A stretch of 64,000 bases of DNA from an uncultured Eubacteriales bacterium (GTDB lineage Bacteria; Bacillota; Clostridia; Oscillospirales; Oscillospiraceae). A program made the translations under genes and the position numbers. Below, one piece after another: positions 38,342 to 47,661 of the stretch (its first letter is position 1; each line of letters begins with the position of its first letter). Location: assembly GCA_900546415.1 (NCBI GenBank), contig URCY01000002.1, positions 605-64,604 of the forward strand. The letters are read 5' to 3'. The notes beneath the pieces are model-generated. The model made no database searches. It was not told where the DNA came from and worked only from the letters and a program-made list of their open reading frames with translations.

Positions 38342-39295
38342 TCAAAGCGCAATGCCTGCGGCGATCTCGCGCAGAGTCTGCGCGGAAAAACGCAGCTTCT
38401 CCTGCTCCTCTGCGTTCAGAGAGATCGGGACGGGCGTCTCGATCCCCTCCTGACCGACGATCGCGGGCATACTGAGGCAGATGTCGCGGATGCCGTAGCA
38501 GCCGTGCAGCATGGTCGAGACCGGCAGGATCGACCGCTCGTTGCGCACGATGCACTCGCAGATGCGGCGCACGGACATTGCAATGCCGTAATAGGTCGCG
38601 CTTTTTTTGGATATGATCTCATAGGCGCTGTTTTTGACCGACTGCGCAATGGCCTCCATCGTTTCGTCGTGGTGATAATGCCCGCGCATCCGGCAAAAAT
38701 CCTGAAGCGGAATGCCCGAGATATTTGCGCTGCTCCATGCGGCGATCTCGCTGTCGCCGTGCTCGCCGACGATATAGGCGTGGACGCTGCGGCTGTCGAC
38801 GTGCAGATGCGCTCCGAGCGCATATTTCAGGCGCGCCGAGTCAAGCACCGTGCCCGAGCCGATGACGCGGTGCTCCGGCAGCCCGCTCAGGCAGTTGGCC
38901 GTGTAGGTCAGAATGTCCACGGGATTCGATACGACCAGCAGAATGCCGCTGTAGCTCCGCGCGCGGAGCTCGGCGAGAATGCCGCGATAAATGCCGACGT
39001 TTTTCTGCACCAGCTCCAGACGCGTCTCGCCGGGCTTCTGGTTCGCCCCGGCGGTAATGATAACGATCGCCGCGTCGGCGATGTCGTCGTAATCCCCGGC
39101 GTAGAGCTTCATCGGCCCGGCGAACGGGATGCCGTGCGCGATGTCCTGCGCCTCGCCCTCGGCCTTCTGACGGTCGATGTCCAGCAGCGCCATTTCCGAG
39201 AATAAGCGGCTCTGCATCAGCGTGAACGCGGTCGCCGAGCCGACGAAGCCGCAGCCGATCACGGCGACCTTTTTCGGATTGATGATGGTTCCCAT
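38342..39295 (-). CDS. ldh: L-lactate dehydrogenase
   Basis: VAVIGCGFVGS Rossmann motif. Catalytic IVGEHGDS. AAGGAAG ribosome-binding site before the MGTI ATG. Confidence 0.85.
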   Translation of the reverse strand: MGTIINPKKVAVIGCGFVGSATAFTLMQSRLFSEMALLDIDRQKAEGEAQDIAHGIPFAGPMKLYAGDYDDIADAAIVIITAGANQKPGETRLELVQKNVGIYRGILAELRARSYSGILLVVSNPVDILTYTANCLSGLPEHRVIGSGTVLDSARLKYALGAHLHVDSRSVHAYIVGEHGDSEIAAWSSANISGIPLQDFCRMRGHYHHDETMEAIAQSVKNSAYEIISKKSATYYGIAMSVRRICECIVRNERSILPVSTMLHGCYGIRDICLSMPAIVGQEGIETPVPISLNAEEQEKLRFSAQTLREIAAGIAL

Positions 39296-39349
39296 AGGGT
39301 ACTTCCTTTCCATAGGTTTCCCCGATAGTATGCCGCAGAACGCCTGAAT

Positions 39350-40234
39350 TTACGCGTCCGTCTGCTCCAAAAGCTCCGAAAAGAGCGGGCGCGCCTCCGC
39401 AAGCGGCATCGGCGTCAGCGGAAGGCGCAGCTCGTTTTTGCAGAGGCCGCGCAGCGCCAGCGCCGCCTTGACCGGGATCGGATTGACGCGGCAGAAAAGC
39501 GCCTCGATCAGCGGCAGAAGCGCCAATTGCAGATAGGCGGCCTCGTCTCGGTCGCCCCGCTGCGCCGCGTGCACCATGGCAGCGGTCTGCCCGGGCAAAA
39601 GGTTCGAGAGCACCGAGATCACGCCGTCCGCGCCGAGAGAGAGCATCGGGACGGTCTGATCGTCGTTGCCGCTCCAGACGGAAAACGCCTCGCCGCAGAG
39701 CGCCTTGACCTTCGCGGCCTGCGAAATGCTTCCGGACGCCTCCTTCAGCCCTGCGATACGCGGATGCGCGCTGAGGCGGCGCGCCGTCTCCGGCAGCAGA
39801 TTGACGCCCGTGCGGCCCGGCACGTTGTAAAGGATCAGCGGCAGCGCCGTCGCGTCTGCAATGGCCGTGTAATGCACGGCAAGGCCGTCCTGCGTGCATT
39901 TATTATAGTACGGCGTCACGGCCAGGATTGCGTCCGCGCCGCAGTCGGACGCAAGGTGCGCCAGCCGGACAGACGCGGCTGTGTCGTTTGTCCCGACCCC
40001 CGCGATCAGGACGGCGCGGCTTCTGACATAATCCGCGCAATGCCGCCAGAGCGCGGATTTTTCCTCGGCGGAAAGGGTGCTGGCCTCGCCTGTCGTCCCT
40101 GCCAGAACGAGCGCGGGAATTTTTGCCGCGAGCTGACGCTCCAACAGGCCGTCGAGTGCGCTCCAATCGATCCTTCCGCCGGAAAACGGCGTGACCAGTG
40201 CGGTCGCAACGCCGGAAAATACGGGCTGCTTCAA
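39350..40234 (-). CDS. dapA: 4-hydroxy-tetrahydrodipicolinate synthase; predicted TTG start
   Basis: [17 protein letters not shown] and GLKEASG motifs. GGAGGTG ribosome-binding site 7 nt before the TTG. Confidence 0.7.
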   Translation of the reverse strand: MKQPVFSGVATALVTPFSGGRIDWSALDGLLERQLAAKIPALVLAGTTGEASTLSAEEKSALWRHCADYVRSRAVLIAGVGTNDTAASVRLAHLASDCGADAILAVTPYYNKCTQDGLAVHYTAIADATALPLILYNVPGRTGVNLLPETARRLSAHPRIAGLKEASGSISQAAKVKALCGEAFSVWSGNDDQTVPMLSLGADGVISVLSNLLPGQTAAMVHAAQRGDRDEAAYLQLALLPLIEALFCRVNPIPVKAALALRGLCKNELRLPLTPMPLAEARPLFSELLEQTDA

Positions 40235-40313
40235 GCTGCAACACCTCCGCACTATTCTATGCCGGATCAGGGCGCAAGGTTCCTGCAAATCCATAAAAAC
40301 TTGCCGACATTGC

Positions 40314-40342
40314 TTGCATCTTCCGGACAAATACGCTATAAT
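40314..40342 (+). promoter_or_regulatory. Sigma-A promoter of queA-tgt; the transcript would be nearly leaderless for ATG 40352
   Basis: TTGCAT, 17-nt spacer, TATAAT ending 10 nt before the ATG. Confidence 0.55.
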
Positions 40343-40351
40343 AAGCTTTGT

Positions 40352-41422
40352 ATGGCAACATCCGAATTTTTTCGCAGAAAAGAGACAAAAGCCTTGAAAA
40401 CAAGCGATTTTTACTATGATCTTCCGCAGGAGCTGATCGCCCAGACGCCGCTTGAGCGCCGCGACGGCTCACGTCTGATGGTGATGGACAAGGCGACCGG
40501 CGCTTTGCAGCACCGCCATTTTTTTGACATCGTCGACTACCTTCGCCCCGGCGACTGCCTCGTGATGAACGACTCGCGCGTGATCCCGGCGCGGCTGCTC
40601 GGCCACCGGCCGACCGGCGGCGCTGCGGAGCTGCTGCTCCTGCGCGACAAGGGCGACGGCGTCTGGGAATGCCTTGCCCGTCCCGGCCGCAAGCTGCACG
40701 AGGGCGCAGAGGTCATCTTCGGAGACGGTGCGCTGACCGCGACGGTCAAAACCGTGCTCGAAAACGGCAACCGGCTCGTGCAGTTCCACTATGAGGGCAT
40801 TTTCCTCGAAATTCTCGAGCGCCTCGGCAAGATGCCGCTGCCGCCCTATATCAAAGAGGAGCTGGCCGACGGCGAGCGTTATCAGACGGTCTATTCCCGC
40901 GTGAGCGGCTCTGCCGCCGCCCCTACGGCCGGCCTGCATTTCACAAAGGAGCTGCTTGAGCAGATCGAACGCAAGGGCGTGAAGCTGGCGTATGTCACGC
41001 TGCACGTCGGCCTCGGGACGTTCCGCCCGGTCAAGGTCGAGGAGATCACGGAGCACGAAATGCACAGCGAATTCTGCATGATCTCGGCCGAAACGGCGCA
41101 GATCCTGAACGAAACGAAGCAGAACGGCGGGCGCATCGTCTGCGTCGGCACGACCTCGTGCCGCACGGTCGAGTCGCTGGCCAAGGACGACGGCAGCTTT
41201 GCCGAATCCTCTGCGTGGACGGATATTTTCATCTATCCGGGCTATCGCTTCAAGGCGATGGATGCGCTCATCACAAATTTCCATCTTCCGGAGAGCACGC
41301 TCATCATGCTCGTCTCGGCCTTTGCCGGCTATGAGCACATTATGAACGCTTACCGCGTGGCCGTCCAGGAGCGCTATCGCTTCTTCAGCTTTGGCGATGC
41401 CATGTTTCTGGCGAATCTATAA
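40352..41422 (+). CDS. queA: S-adenosylmethionine:tRNA ribosyltransferase-isomerase; start may be ATG 40352 (leaderless) or TTG 40394
   Basis: [25 protein letters not shown] and GLHFT motifs. 356 aa. Confidence 0.85.
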   Translation: MATSEFFRRKETKALKTSDFYYDLPQELIAQTPLERRDGSRLMVMDKATGALQHRHFFDIVDYLRPGDCLVMNDSRVIPARLLGHRPTGGAAELLLLRDKGDGVWECLARPGRKLHEGAEVIFGDGALTATVKTVLENGNRLVQFHYEGIFLEILERLGKMPLPPYIKEELADGERYQTVYSRVSGSAAAPTAGLHFTKELLEQIERKGVKLAYVTLHVGLGTFRPVKVEEITEHEMHSEFCMISAETAQILNETKQNGGRIVCVGTTSCRTVESLAKDDGSFAESSAWTDIFIYPGYRFKAMDALITNFHLPESTLIMLVSAFAGYEHIMNAYRVAVQERYRFFSFGDAMFLANL

Positions 41423-41444
41423 CATCAACTAGAGTGAGGTAACC

Positions 41445-42578
41445 GTGTTTCAATTATTAAAAACCGAAGGCAGTGCGCGGCGGGGCGTGTTCACCTGCGC
41501 GCACGGAACCGTGCAGACGCCGGTTTTCATGAACGTCGGCACGCAGGGCGCGATCAAGGGCGCGCTGAGCGCGGCCGATCTGAAAAACATCGGCTGTCAG
41601 GTGGAGCTGTCGAACACCTATCATCTGCATCTGCGGCCGGGCGACCAGACCGTGCATGATCTCGGCGGTCTGCACAAATTCATGACGTGGGACGGCCCGA
41701 TTTTGACCGATTCCGGCGGATTTCAGGTCTTTTCGCTTGCCAGTCTGCGCAAAATCAAGGAGGAGGGCGTCTATTTTTCGTCCCACCTTGACGGCCATAA
41801 GATCTTCATGGGGCCGGAGCAGAGTATGCAGATCCAGTCGAATCTCGGCTCGGATATGTGCATGGCCTTTGACGAATGCATCGAAAATCCTGCGCCCTAT
41901 GACTACGTCAAGCAGTCCGTGGCGCGCACCTATCGCTGGCTCGTGCGCTGCAAGGCGGAAAATACGCGGCTGAACCGCCTTGAGACGACCGTCAATCCGC
42001 AGCAGATGCTCTGGGGCATCAATCAGGGCGGAACCTACGCCGATCTGCGCATCGAGCATATGAAGATGATTGCCGACCTCGAGCTTCCGGGCTACGCCAT
42101 CGGCGGTCTGGCGGTCGGCGAGAGCACGGAGACGATGTATGAGATCATCGAGGCCGTCGAGCCGTATATGCCGAAGGATAAGACGCGCTATCTGATGGGC
42201 GTCGGCACACCGTCGAACATCATCGAGGGCGTTGCGCGCGGCGTGGACTTCTTTGACTGCGTGATGCCCGCCCGCAACGCGCGCCACGCGAAGCTCTTCA
42301 CGTGGTCGGGCACGCGCAACATGAAAAACGCCAAGTATGCGCTCGACACGCGTCCGATCGACGAGGAATGCGACTGCCCGGTCTGCCGCCGCTACAGCCG
42401 CGCCTACATCCACCACCTGTTCAAGGCCGAGGAGATGCTTGCAATGCGGCTGGCCGTGATGCACAACCTCTATTTTTACAACAAATTGACCGAACGCATC
42501 CGCGAGGCGCTCGACGAAGGACGCTTTGCGGCCTTCCGCGCAAAATATTCCGAGCTGCTGAGCCGCCGCGCGGAATAA
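41445..42578 (+). CDS. tgt: Queuine tRNA-ribosyltransferase
   Basis: TPVFMNVGT. Zn site CDCPVCRRYSRAYIHHL. 377 aa. Confidence 0.95.
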   Translation: MFQLLKTEGSARRGVFTCAHGTVQTPVFMNVGTQGAIKGALSAADLKNIGCQVELSNTYHLHLRPGDQTVHDLGGLHKFMTWDGPILTDSGGFQVFSLASLRKIKEEGVYFSSHLDGHKIFMGPEQSMQIQSNLGSDMCMAFDECIENPAPYDYVKQSVARTYRWLVRCKAENTRLNRLETTVNPQQMLWGINQGGTYADLRIEHMKMIADLELPGYAIGGLAVGESTETMYEIIEAVEPYMPKDKTRYLMGVGTPSNIIEGVARGVDFFDCVMPARNARHAKLFTWSGTRNMKNAKYALDTRPIDEECDCPVCRRYSRAYIHHLFKAEEMLAMRLAVMHNLYFYNKLTERIREALDEGRFAAFRAKYSELLSRRAE

Positions 42579-42585
42579 AAACCTA

Positions 42586-42679
42586 AGGAACCTCTGAATC
42601 AATCGGCTGCGGCGTTCAGCGGGCCTTTTGCCCCAACTGATCGGTGCTGACCGCTCTTGCAATTTAATCAGAGGTTCCC
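42586..42679. repeat. MITE-like repeat, copy B (94 bp, TIRs, flanked by TA/TA)
   Basis: GGAACCTCTGAATCAATCGG...ATTTAATCAGAGGTTCCC. About 85% identical to copy A over its full length. TA at 42584-5 and 42680-1. Confidence 0.7.
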
Positions 42680-42690
42680 TAAAAAACTTC

Positions 42691-42719
42691 TTGCATTCTA
42701 TCGAAAATCCCCGTATAAT
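42691..42719 (+). promoter_or_regulatory. Sigma-A promoter of yajC
   Basis: TTGCAT, 17-nt spacer, TATAAT. Confidence 0.6.
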
Positions 42720-42747
42720 AGGTTCATAACATTCAGGAGGGTATACC

Positions 42748-43128
42748 ATGGGCACTAATTCTTATTCGATGATCATCATGCTCGTTGCGATGGTCGCAAT
42801 TTTCTACTTTTTGCTGATCCGCCCGGAGAAAAAGCGCAAAAAGGAAGAGGAAAATCTGCGCAGCAACCTGAAGGTCGGCGACAAAATCACGACCATCGGC
42901 GGCATCGTGGGCAAGATCGTTGATATGCACGACGAAAACATTGTCATCGAGACCAGCGCAGACCGTGTCCGCATGGAGCTTGCGAAGTGGTCGGTCATGA
43001 CCAACAACACCGCCAAGGAAAACGCGCAGAAGGCGCGTCAGGAGGCGCAGGCCGCTGCGAAGGAACGTGCCGAGCAGCGCAAAAAGGAAAAGGAAGAGAA
43101 GAAGAAGGCTAAGAAGGGTCTGGACTGA
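42748..43128 (+). CDS. yajC: Preprotein translocase subunit YajC with a Lys/Glu-rich C-terminal tail
   Basis: TM segment followed by LKVGDKITTIGGIVGKIVDM. Confidence 0.85.
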   Translation: MGTNSYSMIIMLVAMVAIFYFLLIRPEKKRKKEEENLRSNLKVGDKITTIGGIVGKIVDMHDENIVIETSADRVRMELAKWSVMTNNTAKENAQKARQEAQAAAKERAEQRKKEKEEKKKAKKGLD

Positions 43129-43153
43129 GCTTCCGCTTTGATTTTGCATAAGA

Positions 43154-43188
43154 AAACACCGTCCGATGAGCTCGGGCGGTGTTTTCTT
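43154..43188. terminator. Bidirectional terminator between yajC and the convergent BGC
   Basis: aacaccgtccg...cgggcggtgtt flanked by an A-run on the left and a T-run on the right. Confidence 0.65.
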
Positions 43189-43201
43189 ATGCAGGGAACG
43201 G

Positions 43202-44764
43202 TCAGGCGCGAAGCCTGCGAACGGTGATTTTTCCGAAGCAAAGCGTGCCGTCGCGCGCTTCCGCTTCCGGACGGAGGCGGAGGTAGTTGCGGTGGAAGAA
43301 GCAGGTTGCCGGGTGCTCGCTGCGGATCGCGTAGGTGCCGGACGGTGTCTCGATCTCGATCCGGTCAAGCGGCTTTCCGGAATAGGGCAGCTTCTGATAG
43401 TCGTTGAAGGGAAGCTCCGGGTACATGCTGTCGGCGGGATCGCCGCTCTCCTTTGAAAAGCTCGTTCCGTCCTGCAAATAGACCGTGACGCGGCTTCCGG
43501 ATTGCGGAACGGCCAACTGGAACAGCGGATCGAGCGGCTTCTCCTCCGGATTGGTCACGCGCGTTTCGATTTCAGCCGTTTGCTCGTCCGGGAAGTGATA
43601 ATTCCGGCGGATCGCGACGCCGTCAACGGTCAGCTCGGCAAAAAACTGCCGCCTGCTGACGAACTCATAGCGGATCGTCTTGCTCTCGTTCGGCACGACC
43701 CAGCCCTCCAGATAGGGATAGGTGAAACAGGGCCAGATCACCGTCAGCGCCGGGGCGTCCGTCCTGCCGAAGGAGAGATAGCCCGTCGTCTCGTTGAACA
43801 GGATGTCATCACCGAGCTCGCGGAGCTTCATCTTTTTGCGCACCGGCGCCTGCACATCGTAGCGGTAGGTGCAGAGCTGCCCGTCGATATCGAACCGGGC
43901 GTTCACGCAGCCGGTCGGAGCGGTGAGCTTGAGCGTTTTGCCGACGGGGCAGGTGAGGGTCTGCGTCTTTTCCGAGCCGTCCGGCATCTCGTAGCGTACC
44001 GTGAAATGTCCGGCCTCCGCCGCCTCGGCACAATAGGTGAAGGCGCTGCGGTTGCGCAGGCTCTGGTTCAGGCGGAACACGTTGTCGATGGCCGTGCCGA
44101 CGATCAGAGAGGACGAGCGCTCGACCGTGAAGAGATATTCATAGCCGTTGGCCTTCCAGCTCATGATGAAGCAGCCGCTGCCGTCGACCGGCGTTTCGCG
44201 CAGCAGCTCGGCCTTGCTGATGCGCCGCAGGAGCATCGGCATGATGTTCGTTTCGATCACGTTGTGCGAGCAGACGTGGCGCAGCATCGAGGGCATATAA
44301 TCATAGAGCACATAGTCGCCGTAGACGGTCGGCTTTGCCTCAAAGATCAGTGCGCCGGTCTTCCGGTTGAGCAGCAGGGAGGACGTGTTCGTCGTTGCGA
44401 CCTCGGAGATCAAAACCAGATAGCCCTCGTTTTCCGCGCGGTCAAGCAGCATCCGGAACATATCCGCGATGGAGAACATCGCCGAGCGGAATTTCTTATC
44501 GATCAGCATGACACCGATGATGAGCTGCCCCGCACGGCAAACGCGCTGGCTGCCGTTGCGGTAGCACGCGACATAGGTGACGGCGGTGTCGCCGTCATGT
44601 CCGACGATGCCGAAAACGAAGCCCTTTTTTTCCTGATTCTGAATGAAGCGCTCCGGCGTCAGCTCCGGATCGTATTTGCCCATGCCGAAGGCATTGCGGC
44701 GGAACAGCTCCGTTACGGCCGGGGCATCGGCAGGGGTATAATAGCTGTAAACAATCTTTCCCAT
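43202..44764 (-). CDS. GNAT-fold N-terminal domain (~160 aa) fused to a ~350-aa beta-rich domain of unknown function; last gene of the BGC operon
   Basis: GNAT-like N-terminus (YLVLISEVATTNTSSLLLNRKTG). No recognisable motif in the C-terminal part. ATG 1 nt after the upstream stop. Confidence 0.5.
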   Translation of the reverse strand: MGKIVYSYYTPADAPAVTELFRRNAFGMGKYDPELTPERFIQNQEKKGFVFGIVGHDGDTAVTYVACYRNGSQRVCRAGQLIIGVMLIDKKFRSAMFSIADMFRMLLDRAENEGYLVLISEVATTNTSSLLLNRKTGALIFEAKPTVYGDYVLYDYMPSMLRHVCSHNVIETNIMPMLLRRISKAELLRETPVDGSGCFIMSWKANGYEYLFTVERSSSLIVGTAIDNVFRLNQSLRNRSAFTYCAEAAEAGHFTVRYEMPDGSEKTQTLTCPVGKTLKLTAPTGCVNARFDIDGQLCTYRYDVQAPVRKKMKLRELGDDILFNETTGYLSFGRTDAPALTVIWPCFTYPYLEGWVVPNESKTIRYEFVSRRQFFAELTVDGVAIRRNYHFPDEQTAEIETRVTNPEEKPLDPLFQLAVPQSGSRVTVYLQDGTSFSKESGDPADSMYPELPFNDYQKLPYSGKPLDRIEIETPSGTYAIRSEHPATCFFHRNYLRLRPEAEARDGTLCFGKITVRRLRA

Positions 44765-44767
44765 GGC

Positions 44768-45625
44768 TTATTTTTTGCGTTTTCTGCTCATGTTGAGGAT
44801 GGCGAGCAGGTAGAATACGACGCCCGTTCCGACCAGAATGGCGATGCTGACCCACGCGGGCGCGACCGTGCTGCCGTAGGTGAAGCGCACGCCGAGCGTC
44901 TCATCAAACCCGGCGCGCTGCGCCGCGGGCAGGGCCGCAAAGCTCACGTCCGAGAGGCCGTCCATCATCAGCTGACGGAACAGCGCAGCGGAGTGGGCGC
45001 AGGGGAAATAACGAATGACGTTCTGCACGCCTGCCGGAAGCTGGCCGATCGGGATATACGAGCCGACCAGGAAGCCGATGAGCGTGCCGAGGATGATGCT
45101 GACGGTCGTGTAGGACGCCATTGTGCGCATAAACGAAACAATAAAGCAGACCATTGCGCTCGACGCGAAGGACGAGAGCAGCATCACGCCGAAAATTTTC
45201 AGATAGGTCAGGGCGCCAAGCAGCTCACCGCCCTTGACGCAGATATAGGCCTCACCGATGACGAGCACGATCACGGACATGATCACACTGACAATGAAGC
45301 CGGTGAGCATATAGCTCGCAGTGATCGAGGCGCGGGAGATCGGGGAGGTATAAAAATCCTTGATGATCTTCTGGTCGCGGTCGGTGACCATCTGGGCATA
45401 GGCGCCCATGCTGGTCGTGATAGAGGCCGAGGCCAGCATACCGGCGACGACCCATGCGTTCATGATGCTTTTGGAGTTATCGAGCCAGCCCAAGTCTTCG
45501 ATGATGGAATCGCCGATGAAGAAGATGAACAGGGCGAAGATGATCAGAACGCCCAGCAGCGAGAAAAACACGCCGCCCTTATCGCGGAAGTAAATTTTCA
45601 GTCCGCGCAACGTTAAGCCTTTCAT
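44768..45625 (-). CDS. ABC-2 type exporter permease
   Basis: 285 aa with 6 TM segments. ATGA overlap with the ATPase gene. Confidence 0.75.
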   Translation of the reverse strand: MKGLTLRGLKIYFRDKGGVFFSLLGVLIIFALFIFFIGDSIIEDLGWLDNSKSIMNAWVVAGMLASASITTSMGAYAQMVTDRDQKIIKDFYTSPISRASITASYMLTGFIVSVIMSVIVLVIGEAYICVKGGELLGALTYLKIFGVMLLSSFASSAMVCFIVSFMRTMASYTTVSIILGTLIGFLVGSYIPIGQLPAGVQNVIRYFPCAHSAALFRQLMMDGLSDVSFAALPAAQRAGFDETLGVRFTYGSTVAPAWVSIAILVGTGVVFYLLAILNMSRKRKK

Positions 45626-46533
45626 TCACGAATCTCCTTTCCGGTGATGTTCAGGAAGACGTCGTCCATCGTCCCGTGGAACACCTCAAAGCTCTCCATC
45701 CAGTCCTTGACGTCCTGTAGGATCGGCAGGGCGTCGACGGTGTTATCCAGACGGACGTCGATGCGCTCGGCGGCGCGCACCCACGACAGCTTTTTCTGCT
45801 CAAGGTAGCGCTCCAGCGCCGGCTCGTCCGTCGGATTGATGTAAAGATGCTCACTGCTGTACCGCTGCTTCAGCTCATAGGGCGTGCCCTGCGCCGCGAT
45901 CAGGCCGTCGTCGATGATCACGACGTAATCGGAGTTTGCGGCCTCCTCCATGTAGTGCGTGGTCAGGAAGATGGTCATGTGCTGCTCCTGCTGAAGCCGC
46001 CGCACCGTTTCCCAGACGCGCTTGCGGGTCTGCGGGTCGAGGCCGGTCGTCGGCTCGTCGAGGAAGAGGATCTTCGGCGTGTTCAGCAGGGCACGGGCAA
46101 TGTCCGCGCGGCGGCGCTGGCCGCCGGAGAGCTTGCCGTAGGGACGGTCGATGAAATCGTTCAGGTCCGTCCATTCGATCACGCGGGCGACGGCTTCCTT
46201 CCGGGAAGCGGCGGTTTTGTGATAAAACCGCGCACGGAGCATCAGGTTTTCGCGGACGGTCAGCGTCTTGTCGAGCAGACTGTCCTGAAACACGGCGCCG
46301 ATGCTGTTTTTGATCTGCCCGGCCTGCGTGCGCAGGTCAAACCCGGCGATGGTCGCCTCGCCGGAATCAAAGCTGTTGAGCGTGCAGAGCGTATCGATCG
46401 TGGTGGACTTGCCTGCACCGTTCGGCCCGAGGAAGGAGAACAGCGCGCCCTCCTCGACATAGAAGCTGATGCCCTTGACGGCTTGCAGCTTGCCATAGCT
46501 TTTTTTCAGGTCATGTACTTCGATTGCTTTCAT
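45622..46533 (-). CDS. ABC transporter ATP-binding protein (DrrA-like exporter ATPase)
   Basis: Walker A GPNGAGKST, signature LSGGQRRRADIARAL, Walker B LFLDEPTTGLD. Confidence 0.85.
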   Translation of the reverse strand: MKAIEVHDLKKSYGKLQAVKGISFYVEEGALFSFLGPNGAGKSTTIDTLCTLNSFDSGEATIAGFDLRTQAGQIKNSIGAVFQDSLLDKTLTVRENLMLRARFYHKTAASRKEAVARVIEWTDLNDFIDRPYGKLSGGQRRRADIARALLNTPKILFLDEPTTGLDPQTRKRVWETVRRLQQEQHMTIFLTTHYMEEAANSDYVVIIDDGLIAAQGTPYELKQRYSSEHLYINPTDEPALERYLEQKKLSWVRAAERIDVRLDNTVDALPILQDVKDWMESFEVFHGTMDDVFLNITGKEIRE

Positions 46534-46557
46534 TTTTGTTTCCTATCCTTTCCGGTG

Positions 46558-47640
46558 CTAGACCGGCAGCGGTTGATTGTCAAACGACATCGTTTTGGAT
46601 CGGCCGCTTTTCGCGCACCGCTGCGTCATGGCCACGAGCAGATAAAAATCGACGTTTTTCTTCTCGTTTTTCACGGCTGCCTGCTGCAATGTGCCGCGCG
46701 CGTTGAAAAAGCGGAGCGGCGCAAGCACCTTGAGATCATACGGGACAAACTTGGCCGGATCGTCCTCGAGCGTGCAGCCGCTGCCGTCCATTCGGAACTG
46801 GCAGGCATAGTCGTGGTCGGTCAGGCAGACCTCCAGCACCGACGCGCCGCTGCGCACCCATTCCGGGCGGTAGGTCAGTCGGATCAGACCCATCAGCGCC
46901 CGAATTTTCCGCATCCGAAAGTGCTCGGCAGTCTCATCCGGCTCGCGCATCAAAGTATTGAGGTTCGTGAACTCGAGATATTGCTCCATCGGCAGCATCG
47001 GGCGCTCGAGGATCGCGCGCGTCTCGGGCGTGATCCCGCCCGCGGCATATTCCGCACCGGCGCGCTCCAGCGCCGCGAAATAGGGCGCGGTGTACGCCCG
47101 CATGGCGTCGTGGCGGAAGAGGTCGCCCTCGGTGCAGTAGATCTGCTCGCACTGCGCGCCGTAATACTGCGAGAAAACGGCCTGAATGCCGTTGATGTTG
47201 CCGTCTCGGTTGAACAGGCCGCAGGTGACGAAGGTCAGATAGCGCTGATGCTCCAGATCATAGCGCCGCTTGTGCTTCGTGTGGCTCGAATTGGTCTCGG
47301 CCAGCATGGGATATTCGATCGGCAGCAGCCGCTCGAGCACCATTTTCACAGTGGACGGCAGCCCGTAAAAGTAATTCGGGAACGCCCACGCGACGATGTC
47401 GGCCTGCACATAAGACCGGAACAGCTGCTGCATATCGTCGTTTTGGACGCAGTGACCGTCAACGGTGCTCCAGCAGGCAAGGCAGCCCCGGCAGGGATGC
47501 AGATCATGCTCGGCGCAGACAAATTCTTCAAATTCATAATCGCCGTGCTTTTGCATCCCGGAGATGAATTGCAGCGCCAGACGGCGGGAGCTGCTGCGCG
47601 TTCCGCGCGGACTACCGGTAATCAAGAGAATTTTTTTGAT
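46558..47640 (-). CDS. Flavodoxin-like NAD(P)H-dependent FMN reductase domain protein with a C-terminal extension; apparent ATC (AUC) initiation codon (TTG alternative at 47625)
   Basis: AGGGAGG ribosome-binding site 9 nt upstream of ATC AAA AAA ATT CTC TTG ATT ACC GGT. This restores the canonical (M)KKILLITGSPR flavodoxin-like N-terminus, and no ATG or GTG is in frame. Confidence 0.5.
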   Translation of the reverse strand: MKKILLITGSPRGTRSSSRRLALQFISGMQKHGDYEFEEFVCAEHDLHPCRGCLACWSTVDGHCVQNDDMQQLFRSYVQADIVAWAFPNYFYGLPSTVKMVLERLLPIEYPMLAETNSSHTKHKRRYDLEHQRYLTFVTCGLFNRDGNINGIQAVFSQYYGAQCEQIYCTEGDLFRHDAMRAYTAPYFAALERAGAEYAAGGITPETRAILERPMLPMEQYLEFTNLNTLMREPDETAEHFRMRKIRALMGLIRLTYRPEWVRSGASVLEVCLTDHDYACQFRMDGSGCTLEDDPAKFVPYDLKVLAPLRFFNARGTLQQAAVKNEKKNVDFYLLVAMTQRCAKSGRSKTMSFDNQPLPV

Positions 47641-47661
47641 GGTGGGGCACCTCCCTAAGGG

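Noticed and set aside
36222-38453. 743-aa plus-strand ORF opposite the OYE-type oxidoreductase
   Set aside because: Antisense artefact. The minus-strand product has clear OYE/FAD-binding motifs.
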